Source: Callorhinchus milii
Taxonomy: Eukaryota
Assembly: GCF_018977255.1 (NCBI RefSeq)
Contig: NW_024704742.1
Location: forward strand, 118,918,001-118,978,000
Direction: 5' to 3'
DNA: 60,000 nt
Under the pieces are notes generated by a model, which was given only the letters and a program-made list of their open reading frames with translations, was not told where the DNA came from and did not search any database. The position numbers and the translations under genes were made by a program. Of the stretch, positions 12,701 to 24,880 are shown one piece after another. Position 1 is the first letter of the stretch; each line of letters starts with the position of its first letter.

Positions 12701-13424
12701 TGCCCCACACCCAGAGGTGGGAGTTGTTCTTTGCAATTGCTTCTGGGCAACTCTGTCTCAGCGTATGGCAAAGGTAAACTCCCACCCCAAATTCCTTGGG
12801 ACCTGCATCTCACATCACGCACAAGATGTGCAATTTAAGTGTCACTGCGCACAGCAATGTACTAAATGTTTCATATGTCAGGATTCCAAAAGATTTTTTT
12901 TTCCAGATTCTGGAATTCAACACAAATGTTCCAGCTTCTGGAGAGTTTAAAACTACTTGCTCCACCATTAAAAAAAACATACTTTGTCCAAGTTTGCTCC
13001 AAAATTTAGCACATTAAAGGGCCAAAAGATACGCGTTGTTTTTAAAATGGTCACCTACTGTTCATGTTGCGACACCCGTATTAACACTGCAGAACTGTGC
13101 CCTTGAAACTTTCCTAAAATAATTACAACCCTTAATCTTGCCGGTAGACAGAACGAGTATGGCGGAGTTACTGGTTCAGCCTGGTTAGACACGAGTTTGA
13201 TGAATTTAATTACTTCAGCTATGATCATAAGACTCCAACAGCTGTCTTCCTTCACTACAATATTTTGGTAATACTCTGTAATAAAGACCATTTATAGAGA
13301 ACAGCTTTCTGTCTTGTGAATTACTGAGAAAGCCTAAAATTGTAAACAGAAGTCAGTTACACAGAAACAGTCATTTTCCGTGCACAGATAGTCATTCAGC
13401 CCATAATACTTTGTACCATTAATC

Positions 13425-13772
13425 ATTATCCTTGCATTTGATATAGCGCCTTATCACATCTTCAAGTCGTCTCAAAATGCTTCACAGAATATACTGTGAA
13501 ATGAATTGACTGTATATTTTGTGGGTGAGACATGGTAGCTAATTGCGCACAGCAGTGTCCCACAAACAATCGTGGGTTTAACGACAANTTTTTTTTGAAG
13601 GAATTATTACGACCGGAAAAGCAATCCACCAATTGACTAACACCTGAGTTCCTACTTACTGCTAGGTAAACAGGCATGTGGAGTAAGAAAACTTGCCCAA
13701 TGTTTCACCCTGCCGGGAATCTAACCCAAGTTTCTCGCTTGAGAGGCGAGTTCTCTAACCACTGAGTACAGC
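13425..13772 (-). mobile_element. SINE variant with an extra internal segment
   Basis: Head, core and tail present plus an internal AGTAAGTAGGAAC segment shared with the 45038 copy. Contains an N at 13588. Confidence 0.8.
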
Positions 13773-14019
13773 ACTTCACTGATACCACTTTTTATAAATC
13801 TCTCTTTTCTAATATTAATTACTTACCAGTTTTCTCCCAAAATCCCTTAATGGTTTTACACTTGTTTGAAAATGCCAATACAAGAAATTAAAAGTTCTTC
13901 AAGACTTAACACTTTATTCCTACCTTCCTCATAATAAAAATAATAATAACCCTTGTATTTGATATAGTGCCTAAGCATTTCATCAAGACAGATCAAAGGG
14001 TTTCCTAAGATTTTACATT

Positions 14020-14826
14020 ACAACAACAACAACAAGATTCCATTTATTGAGCGCCTTTCACGTCGGGAGGACGTCCCAAGGCACTGTACAGTTGGGTCAG
14101 GACCCGAGCAGGGGGGAAATGGTCAGGGTGAGGGGAGGGAAGGGAGGGAGCGAGGAGGGGGTAGAGAGTCGAGAGGGGAGCTGAAGACACGGTCAAAGAG
14201 AAAGTTCTTGAGACCGGGCTTGAAGGAGGAAAGGGAGGAGGCGGCGAAGGCACTGGGGGATAGAGTTCCAGAGCCTCGGGGCTGAGAGGCTGAAGGCCCG
14301 GCCACCGATGATAGGGCGGTTGGGGCGGGGGATGTGGAGCAGACCGGAGCCAGAGGAACGGAGGGTACGGGCGGGTAGGTAGGGGGATAGTAGGTTGGAG
14401 AGGTAGGAGGGAGCAAGGCTGTGAATATCCTTGTAGGTGAGGATGAGGATCTTGAATTTGATCCTCTGGGGGATGGGGAGCCAGTGGAGGCGAGCGAGGG
14501 TGGGAGTGATGTGGTCCCGAAGCCTGGTGCGGGACAGTACACGAGCTGCAGAGTTCTGAATGACCTGCAGCTTGTGGAGGGAGGTGCCGGGAAGGCCGAC
14601 GAGGAGAGAGTTCCCATAGTCCAGCCTTGAGGTGATAAAGGCGTGGACCAGAGTTTCAGCAGCGTGAGGGGTGAGGTAGTGCCGTAATCTGGCGATATTC
14701 CGGAGGTGATGGAAGGCGGTGCCAGTTGTGGCGCGGATATGGGGGAGAAAGGACAGCTCAGGGTCGAACAGAACCCCGAGGTTCCTGACTGTCTTTGAGA
14801 GGTGGAGAGTGCAGCCTTGGATGCTG
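14020..14826 (-). mobile_element. Young L2 LINE 3' fragment
   Basis: ORF 14193..14864 (VRNLGVLFD...SRLDYGNSLL...LHWLPIPQRIKFK) and a (TTG)n tail. Confidence 0.95.
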
Positions 14827-15749
14827 AATACACAATGCATTAGATGCATTAGAATACACAACACAGAAACAGGCCATTCGGCCCAACTGGTCTATGCCGG
14901 TGTTTATGCTCCAAATGAGCCTCCTCCTGCCCTTCCTCAACTTCAAGCGTAACCTTCTATTCCTTTCTCCCTCATGTACCTATCCAGCTTTCCCTTAAAT
15001 ACATCTACGCTATTTGCTTCAACAACTCCTTGTGGTAGCACGTTCCACATTCCCACTACTCTCAGTGTGAAGGAATTTCTTCTAACTTCCGTATTTGATC
15101 TATTTGTGACTATTTTATATTGATGGCCCCGGGTTTTGGTCTCCCCCACAGTGTAAACATCTTCCCTATGTCTACCTATCAAAACCTTTCATGATTTTAA
15201 AGACCTCTATCAGGTCACCCCTTACTCTCCTCTTTTCAAGAGAAAATAGTCCAAGTATGTTCAGCCTTTCCTGATAGGTATAACCTCTCAGTTCTGGGAT
15301 CATCTTTGTGAATCTCCTTTGCACCCTCTCCAGTGCCTCTCCATCCCTTCTATAATGTGGGGACCAGAGCTGCACACAGTATTCTAGGTGTGGTCTAACT
15401 GAGGTTCTATAGAGGTTTACCATAATTTCCCTGCTTTTCATTTCTATCGCTCTAGAAATTAACCCCAATGCCTGTTTTGCCTTTTTTATAGCCTTATTAA
15501 TTTGGGTTGTTACTTTTAGTGAATTGTGTATGTGTACCCCTAGGTCCCTTTGCTTCTCTACGCCATTTGGTTTTTCAATTTCCAGGATGATTGTGACTTC
15601 CTCATTCCTTCTACCATCTCACACTTTTCTATATTGTAATGCATTTGCCCTTTAAATGCCCATTCAGACGTCTTGCTGTAATTTGTTGCAGTCCTCCTCT
15701 GTATTAACTACCCCCCCCCAATTTGGTGTTGTCTGCAAATTTTGAAATT

Positions 15750-16287
15750 AATATAACATGTAGGAGCAGGAGTAGGCCATTCGGCTCGAGCCTACCCCAC
15801 CATTCAATCATGGCTGATCTTCTAATCTAACTCCAGCTAATAACCTAACCCTGCCTTATCCCCATATCCCTTAATCCCTTTTGCAATAAGAAATATATCT
15901 ATCTCAGTCTTGAATATGTTCAAGGCCTGAGCGTCAACAGCCCTTTGGGGTAGTGAGTTCCATACATTCACCATCCTTTGAGTGAAGAAGTTCTTCCTCA
16001 ACTCAGTGCGAAAGGGCTGGCCCCTATTTTAAGGTTGTGACCCCTGGTTTTAGTTTCTCCAACCAGGGGAAATAATCTCCCACTATCTACTCTATCATGC
16101 CCTTTGATGATCTTATAGGTTTCTATAAGATCCCCTCTAATTCTTCTATATTCTAGAGAATATAAACCCAAATTGGTCAGCCTATCCTTGTAACTCATCC
16201 CCTTCACCCCTGGTACTAACCTAGTAAATCTACGCTGCACCCACTCCAAGGCAAGTACATCCTTCCTTAAATAAGGAGACCAAATTG
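15750..16287 (-). mobile_element. Second CR1 LINE 3' end nested in the first
   Basis: WSPYLRKDVLALEWVQRRFTRLVPG...TRGHNLKI with its own 3' tail. AAATT at both junctions. Confidence 0.88.
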
Positions 16288-16427
16288 TAATGCTGATTCC
16301 CGAGTCCAAAATATTAATGTATATTGTGAACTACAGTGGTCCCAATACCAATCCTTGTGGAACACCACTGCCCACCCCCTACCAGTCTGAGCAACTACCC
16401 TTTACTCCTACTCTCTGTTTTCTGTTT

Positions 16428-16745
16428 TATAATAATAATAATCCTTGCATTTGATATAGCGCTTTTCACGTCGGGAGGACTTCCCAAAGCGCTTCACAGA
16501 ACACATTGTAAAGTGAATTGACTGTATATTTGTGGGCGAACGCAGCAGCCAATTGCGCACAGCAGTGTCCCACAAATAGTTGTGGATTGAAAATGATCAA
16601 TTTATTATTGTTTTGTTTTTTGGAGGTATTATTATTGGACGTGTGGAGTAAGGAAACTTGTCCAAAGTGTTGCCCTGCCTGGAATTGAACCCGTGTGTCT
16701 CGCTTGCAAGGCCAGTGCTCTAACCACTGAGCTACAGGACTCCAC
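16428..16745 (-). mobile_element. Full-length SINE inserted in CR1
   Basis: Head, core and (TTA)n tail. Confidence 0.92.
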
Positions 16746-19700
16746 GAGTATTGGAGTCAGCTTGCTGTCCATTCTGCTATTTTTCCTCTGACTCCATATG
16801 CTCTGACCTTATTCTTTAGTCTACTATGTGGTACCTTATCGAACGTCTTTTGGAAATCTAAATATATTACATCTACCGCATTACCCTGGTCTACTCTTTC
16901 TGTTACCCCTTCAAAGAATTCAATGAGGTTGGTCAAACATGACTTTCCTTTTTGAAATCCATGCTGACTATTCTTTATTATGAAGTATAGTGACTGTGTA
17001 TTTGTAGGCAAACGCAGCAACCAATTTGAGCACAGCAATGTCCCACAATGTTGCATATGTCAGATTCCAAAAGATTGTTTTCCAGACTCTGGATTAGATA
17101 TAAATAATCTAACTTCTGGAGAGTTTAAACTACCACTTTCACCATTAAACTACGCATACAGTTTGAACAGTTCTGATGGCCCCACTGTTGTGTTTCACAT
17201 TTCATTGCAGGACACTTAAGGAACTCAATAATTCTTTAAATTGGGCTATCTGGAGAGCAGGACAGAAACCCAATTCTGTAATGCAAAACAAAAATCATAT
17301 AAATGTATTCATAGAACTATAGAAAACTACATGCAGAAGTAGGCCATCAAGTAAGGATTATTAACTATTGTTATTATTTGTTTTTTGCCAACCAGACCAG
17401 ACTGGAAAGGGCAAAGTGAATAAAGCAGCACAGCTCCCTCTCCCAATAGGTTCATCCAGGTTTATGCAATAAGACAGAGCTATTATTCAAAGTCCCTAGT
17501 TCAGAATGATATCTTCATACAACACCCTCAGATTGAGAAGTAAAACAATACAATAACTCAAATAACATCTCTGAGTATAAGTCTAGTGATTATCATTCAA
17601 TGACTATTTAAAAAAAGGGTATTTTCATGTATAAACACACAGGCATATTTGCACATAGAGGGAATTACAGATCTCCTTTATTACATAATTAATAGCCAAG
17701 AAGATTAATTAATTCTGCATTTAACCAATTAAGGAGATTCCCAATTTACATGTTTAAACATGGCACTCAATACAGCTGGGTTTACAGTTGGCACATTAAT
17801 GAAAACTCAAATGAAAAAAATCAACTGCCAAGTTTTCTCAACCATGTTCTGTGGTTGGGGCAGGTAATTCAGCCTGAGATTGTGCCTTTTTTCCCTATTA
17901 CCAAGGCAGTGGTGGTGACCATGTGCCATTCGTGCAGTGCCTCTCGTACAGAAGCCAATGTGACACAAAGCTCTCCACACTTTTTTGGCTCACAAAATAC
18001 TGTTGCAATAAAAATACAGTTTTGTTTACAAGTCAAAACCTTCAGAAAGTTTGACAGTCACAACTGAGCACAAGAGGCTACTGTGCGGTCATCTTCCTTA
18101 GCAGCCTTTCCACAAGAGAGAAAAAAAATCGACACCATCTCCATGTTGACTCATGTATTAAGCTTCACTACAAGTTAGGCATTGGTGGATTTATTAAAGG
18201 GTGCAATGTTCTTAAGTGCCAGTTAATGCTCTGGAACTGGGGGTATTAAACAGAATAAAAGGTTAGTAGTGGAATCTAATCCAGGGATGGTGGAGGAGCC
18301 AGATGGAAAAGGCAAAAATCACCATTGTTACCTTTGTACAATTGATTTTGTAGAAATAAAATGTTTTGCTGCATTTTCTATCCATTAGTAATGATGATAA
18401 TAATAATAATAATAATAATCCTTGCATTTGATATAGCACCTTATCACATCTTTGAGACATCTCAAAGAGCTTCACGGAATATACTGTAAAGTGCATTGAC
18501 TGTATATTTTGTGGGCGAAACATAGCAGCCAATAGCACACAGCAGTGTCCCACTGAAAATCTTGAAAATCCCATGTATATTAAGTATGTAGAACCATCAT
18601 ATTCACTTGCCTACAAAATACACAGTCACTACACTTTACAGTGAAATCCTGTGAAGCGCTTGGAGATGGCCCACGATGTGAAAAGACGCTATATCCAATG
18701 CAAGGATTATTATTGTTATTATCAGGTACTTTTGAGTATTTCATTGATCACTATGTAAGATTGTTAGTTTCCATAAAAATATCCAAGTTATAAGACACTG
18801 TCTGGTTGCTTCATATCTCCGACCCTACTATTGGCGAGCAAGTTTTTAGACATTCCGTCTCCTTGAACTTTAATCCAGAATCCCGGACAACCCCTCATTC
18901 TCCACTTTCAAAGCTCACCTCAAGACTCTGCTTTGACCAAGCTTTTAGTCATCTTACCACACACAACTCTTTTCAACACCCTCCCCCTCCTCTGGTGGCC
19001 AGCCAGCAGTATAGAGCGGCCCGAAATGACCTCCTGATGTGAAAGGCATTATGTGAAACTATATATAAAATATATATATATACTTTATATATTTATAATA
19101 CTTTATTGTCAATCTTTCCAATGGCAGAAGAAAGCATGATTTTCGCTGGCAGGAATTGGGTATTAAAGAGCAAGGCAATACAGAAATTCCAATTTTACAA
19201 AAATTTAAAAGAAATTAATTTAACCTTGTTTAATAAGAGTCACTTCTTGGACTCAACCCTTTGATCGGTGTAAGGTGCTTGATGGAATCCTAGCAAATGA
19301 TTTGTTGAGATTAAGGTTGATACTCAACTCATTGGCTTCCTGTCAAACAGGTTTGGCTGCATGTTTGATTGGGACTGCAGCATTGTAACCCTGGATACTT
19401 TAAAGCTAGTCTTCTAAGGCTTAACATGAAAGCCTATTTTTTTTCAGAAAAAGTATTTAATTACCAGTCCAAGAATTCAGCAAAAATGCAAGTGATTGTG
19501 AAAAGAAATCTGATCACAAGCAAGATAATCCAAGAAGCCCAGGGCTAGTCTGCTGGTTACAATGTAGAAGAGGCCCCAGGGCCAAGCTGATAATAAAGGA
19601 CTAGGATTAGTTTGGAGCAACTATCATTGCATGGGATTGATAGTACCAACAGTGATTTATTTATATAGATAGCACCTTTCTCATCTGGAGGTGCTCTCAA

Positions 19701-19759
19701 ACTACTTCACACGTCTGACTGGAAGCCCAAACTAGGGAAGGAAGCTGAGGAGAGAGGAA

Positions 19760-20045
19760 GTGGAGTCCTGTAGCTCAGTGGTTAGAGCACTCGTCACCCA
19801 AGCAAGAGATTTGGCTTCAGTTCCCAGGAGTGCAAAACCTTGCGCAAGTTCCTTACTCCACAGGCCTGATCCCTCAAGAAAAAAAACAATATCAAAATTG
19901 TTCACTTCAATCCACGACTGTTTGTGGGACCCTGCTGTGCGCAATTGGCTGCTGCGTTTCGCACACAAATATACAGTCAATTCACTTCACAGTATATTCT
20001 GTGAAGTCCTTTGAGACGTCTAGAAGACGTGAAAAGCGCTATAAT
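19760..20045 (+). mobile_element. Full-length SINE (second subfamily)
   Basis: GTGGAGTCCTGTAGCTCAGTGG head. Tail loop is TAGAA instead of CTCCC. Confidence 0.9.
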
Positions 20046-20089
20046 AATCCTTGCATTTGATATAGCGCTTTTCACATCTTCGACATTAT

Positions 20090-20460
20090 TTATTATAAAG
20101 GTGGCCAAATGCAGTCATTGGGATAGGTTTTAAGGTGGAACTGAAGATGACAAGGCATAGGGACCGAGGGCTGGATTTCCAGAGGGTGCAGACTCACTGA
20201 TGGCGGGGGAGAGAGCACGTAGCTAGTGGTTGCTGAGTGGAGGGAGCGCTTGGCAGCAGGATCGCAGAGGAACGGTGGGGCAAAGCCATGTAAACATTTA
20301 AATGTGAGAATCTTAAATTCGATCCACTGGGTGATAGAGAATGAGGATGGGGTTGATGCACTTGGGCAATCTGGTGTGGGAGAGGACGTGAGCCTCAGAG
20401 TCATGGCCGGGCTGCAGTTTGTGTAGGGAGGAGATGGCGGGGCCAGCGAGTGGGGGTTTG
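20090..20460 (-). mobile_element. Old L2 LINE fragment
   Basis: WIEFKILTFKCLHG homology. Confidence 0.65.
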
Positions 20461-20689
20461 AGTAACAGGAAGTATTTTGTTTATTTGCTTCTGAGAAATT
20501 ACGTTACTCAGTATCTTTGCTAAGTTCCAATTAACACAATTCCATTAACACAAAATTAAAGTCTTCAATACTCACCACATAACCAGCCCTCACCAGAAAT
20601 GACTGGCTGGCACCTTGAATATGTTAACTATGTTGAATATTCATATCCAATACATGACTTAATCCTAACATTCGATATAGCACCTTATC

Positions 20690-20955
20690 ACGTTGTCAAA
20701 ACGTCACAAAGGGCTTTTCAGGATTCAGTGTAAGGTGTGGTGGCTGTGTATTTTGTAGGCGAACACAGAAATCAATCTGCACCCAGCAATGTCAAGGACT
20801 GATTTTTGTCTGGGGGAATTGGTGGCCAGGACACAGGGAGAAACTCTCTCCTCTTTTCAAGTAGTGCCATTGGATATTTAAAGTCCACCTAAATGAGCAG
20901 ATTCAATGTCAGGTTTAATGTCTCATGCGAAGGAAGGCACCTCTAGCAATGTAAA
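20690..20955 (-). mobile_element. Older Deu-type SINE remnant (related remnants at about 23990-24230 and 25365-25710)
   Basis: GGTGCC...GATGAGACATTAAAC and ATGGCACTA..TGAA motifs, typical of AmnSINE/SacSINE-like elements as I recall them. Confidence 0.55.
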
Positions 20956-21547
20956 ACATAGACTACCAGTTCAAAGTCCCGAAGTAGGAGAAATAGGAGG
21001 GAAAGGGGAAAGGAAGAGCGTACATTCACCCACTTCACAGCACCAGAAGGTGTTGGTGCTTCAATGTGCTGGCCCAGTAGTGTATCAACAAATATCAATT
21101 AATAAATATATTAGACACAATACTTCTTCCAAAAAACGTTATACTGGATTGAGCAAGGGCCAGTTTAACAGGGCCGACATCTAAAAAATATTTGCAATAA
21201 ATAGAATTTTTAATTTATGGAATTTTTATTTAATTTCCAAGCAGGAATCAATCATGGGCAGCTTAAGATAAAGCAGAGAAAATAGATACTGTACATTACA
21301 TAGTCAATGGCTGCTTATATTTTAAAAAACCACAACAGCTACAGGAGAATTTAAATCGTCATGTGATCGAGGGTGAGATCAGTTAAATCTTCACCCTCTA
21401 ATTGCCCATTCCCACAAGAATGAACCTTCTGCATCAGACCCATCAAGTGGTTGGTCTGCTCTTACATCAGCCAGTGGTACACCCTCAGGAGTGGCCCAGT
21501 AAGGACTCTCTCACTTTCCCAGAAGGAGGAGCCATCTTTGAAAGCTA

Positions 21548-21985
21548 ACAACCACAAGATGATTACATTGCATAGTGCCTTTCACGTCAGGAGGACGATC
21601 CAAGGTGTTGGACAGTACACAGCATTTCAGACCCGAGCTGGGGTCAGGGAGGGAGAAAGGAGGGGAAGGGGAGTGACCAATGGCATGGTCGAAGAGGAGG
21701 GTTTTTGTTCCTTGAAGGAGGCTAAGGAGGGGGAGAGGCGGAGTGATTGGGGGATGGAATTCCAGAGGTTAGGGGCAGGGAGGCTGAAGCTCTCCCGCCA
21801 ATGGTGGGGCAGGTGAGTCAGGGGACATGGAGCAGGCCGGAGCCGACTGAGCAGAGGGAGCGGGCGGGTTGGTAAGGGGTTAGGAGGTCGCAGAGGTAGG
21901 GTGGGGCGAGGCCACGGAGGGCTTTGTAGGTGAGGACCAGGATCTTGAACTGGATCCTCTGAAGGAAAGGGAGCCAATGGAGTCA
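21548..21985 (-). mobile_element. L2 LINE 3' fragment
   Basis: FSLPAPNLWNSIPQSLRLSPSLASFK and tail. A separate plus-strand L2 tail lies at 22033-22097. Confidence 0.8.
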
Positions 21986-23249
21986 GACCAAATCAGGAAT
22001 TCAGTACAGGATGGGTGTTAGGATGTGTTAGGTCAGCGCCTTGGGATGTCCTCCCGACGTGAAAGGCGCTATACAAATGGAATCTTGTTGTTGTTATTCT
22101 ATATCCGATGCTAGGATTAAGTAATGTATTGGATACGGATATTCTACCATACTACTTGTGAACAAATAGTTGCTGATGCTGAAATATCCTGGCAGACTAT
22201 AAATCAACAAAAATATGAAAACCTTATCTTAAAAACATTGCATACAATTTTTTTTCCATTAAAAAATATCAATACTGACGTCACCAACTTGCCACTTACA
22301 CAGCATTGATCTTGTAGGATAAAATCTCAGGAGATTTTTACAATGACAGATGCAGAGCTATTTGATGATATTAAATTGTCATACTCGAGCTAAATAAATA
22401 CATTCCTAGGATATCATGATTCTATATACCTTGTCGCTGAGCTCCTATATCTGTTTTCTTTATTACCCTTATATGCACACTTCAGTACAATCCACATCAT
22501 CAATTGTATAATATATAAAAAAAACAAAGGAACCTGGGTTTATCATGGATATATTTGAGCTAGCATTACAATCTCAAGGTCTTATCGTCATTCACAAAGC
22601 ACTCAAGAGTTGTTCCATGTTAAAAAAATCAGAAACACTCGATTGATTTTTGAATTACTGCTTTTAAAAATCACAGCCAAATAATTTTTCCACTGTATGG
22701 TAATGTGGTTCCATTGCATGGTAATGTAGTCAAGAATAAATATTTGGTGTAGCTTCATTCCCTGGAAAAATAACTGAGCATTCACTGTATGGCAATGGAA
22801 ACACAACAGAACCTTTTTCGTCCACAGGCTTCATTATTCAGCTGCACAAGATAACACCTGTCATCAAGTATGTTCCTTACATGGGGAACCTAGAATCCAT
22901 TAACTCATTAGTAACAAGATTGGAGATCCACCAATACCAGCACTAAAACAGCACGCAATTAATTACTGCAGGACATGCAATTACCTTTCCATAAATGACT
23001 ATAATCGCACAAACAATTACTGGATTCACTTCAATCTCATTAGTTTTTTTTTAAATGGATAAAGTAATTGATGGAATCGCCTCTTTTACCTCATTACCTT
23101 GTTTCCCATTTGCCAAATGGCATTATAAATGTAGCCACAGTACAAGTGTCATTTGTTTGTACCAGGTTTTATGGCATCATGGTACCCTGCATCATTTTCA
23201 TGTACAGAAGTTCTGCCTTACATTTACGTGTACTTTCTCACCTTTCTTC

Positions 23250-23682
23250 TCATCTGCAACAAGCTCTGCATGTCCATCAGCCCAGTCTTTACCAGCTTTC
23301 ACTTCCACTGGTTCCCTGCCTCCCAATGGATCGATTTCAGAATCATTACCTTCACTTATAAAGCCCTTCACATCCTAGCGTATCCACATTTATCCAATCT
23401 CCTGCTACCCCACGCCTCTACTGCTGCACATTTGCTGCACATCCCACCACCACCGCTACCATAAATGGCTGAGCTTCCTGGTTCTATACCCATAAACCAC
23501 TGGAACGCCCTCCCTCAGCCCGTCTGTCTCTTTCCCTCTCTATCTATTCAAGTCCCACCTTAAAAGCAACCTCTTTGATCACACCTATGGCCATCTCTCC
23601 CTTCCCCCACTCAGCATCCACCTCTATAAAGCGCTTCATATTATTCTACATGAAGGGCGCAATATAAATGCACCCTGCTGTT
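23250..23682 (+). mobile_element. Old L2 LINE fragment
   Basis: FHWFPASQWIDFRIITFTYKALH homology and tail. Confidence 0.7.
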
Positions 23683-24696
23683 TTGCAAGCTAAATCCATT
23701 ATTTGTACTGTTCTTCCTTTGGTCTTTACCCAATGTCAAAACAGAAATTACATCAGGATATCATACTTCTCTAATAAATTATCGGAATAATCCTTACATT
23801 TGATAAAGCCATCCAAATAATATATTTATAGCTTGAAAAGAATGTGCTATTTTATTTGCCCTCATTAATAACATATGCAATAGGCCCCAAATGGACATTA
23901 TCCATTTATTGCAAGAATAGAATGCCCTTGGTTGCCAAAACACATCAACTATTAAGTATCACAATTTGGCTAACACTCCAATGCAATCCTGGGAGTATGT
24001 CGAAGGTGCCATATTTCAAATGAGAAACTGAGGTCCCATCTGGCTTTTTCAGCTAGAATCATAGAAACCTACAACACAGAGAGGCTATTTGGTGCATCAA
24101 ATCTGCATCAGATCTCAGAGCAAGCTGTACAAGATGTTAAAGATCCCAAAAGACACCACTGAAAATTTGAAGAGATTCTCCTAATGTCCTGACCAACAAT
24201 CCAACAGATTAATTAGTCATTCACCCCAATGTTTGATATAATACTATATATTAGTGATCTCAACGATATTAATCTTATTAATAATATTAATAATAATAAT
24301 AGTTGATATTGATCAATATTGTCCAAATTCATTCAAATAGGCTACCCTCAATTTCTTTTGAACATTTTATGTGATATTCATTACAACACATTTTCATTAT
24401 ACAATGTTTATTTGAATGTCTAAATATACAGTATTTGGAAATTGAGCCCCAAAAATATACAATCAATTCACTTTACAGTGTATTCTGTGAAGTGTTTTGA
24501 GACGTCTAAGGCGTTATATCAAATGCAAGGATTAACATTATTATTAAAATCAAGTATATGGCACACTAATTTCTCACACCTTTCACTGGATTTCTTTTCA
24601 CAAAATGCTGTAGCTACTCAATACCCTCTTGAATTAACTCATACAATTTTTTTTCATTGTTTACTGGGTATTTCATTCTACATATTCACCACCATG

Positions 24697-24880
24697 ATTG
24701 TTCACTTCAATCCACGACTGTTTGTGGGACACTGCTGTGCGTAATTTTGGCAGCCGCGTTTCGCCCACAAAATCTACAGTCAATTCACTTTACAATATTA
24801 TTCTGTGAAGCATTTTGAGATATCTGGAAGACATGATAAGGAGCTATATCAAATGCAAGGATTATTATTATTATTATTAC
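24697..24880 (+). mobile_element. SINE 3' half (similar fragments at about 18395-18553, 18605-18722, 32755-32893, 52015-52125)
   Basis: Core plus tail. Confidence 0.8.

Larger units (their letters stand above)
14840..16978 (-). mobile_element. CR1-clade LINE 3' portion, interrupted by a second CR1 and a SINE
   Basis: QHGFQKGKSCLTNL, VDVIYLDFQKTFDKVPH, RPHLEYCVQLWSP and TRGHQYK motifs, split into about 14840-15748, 16285-16427 and 16757-16978. Confidence 0.9.

Noticed and set aside
13588..13588. Single N
   Set aside because: Sequencing or assembly ambiguity next to a T run; not biological.
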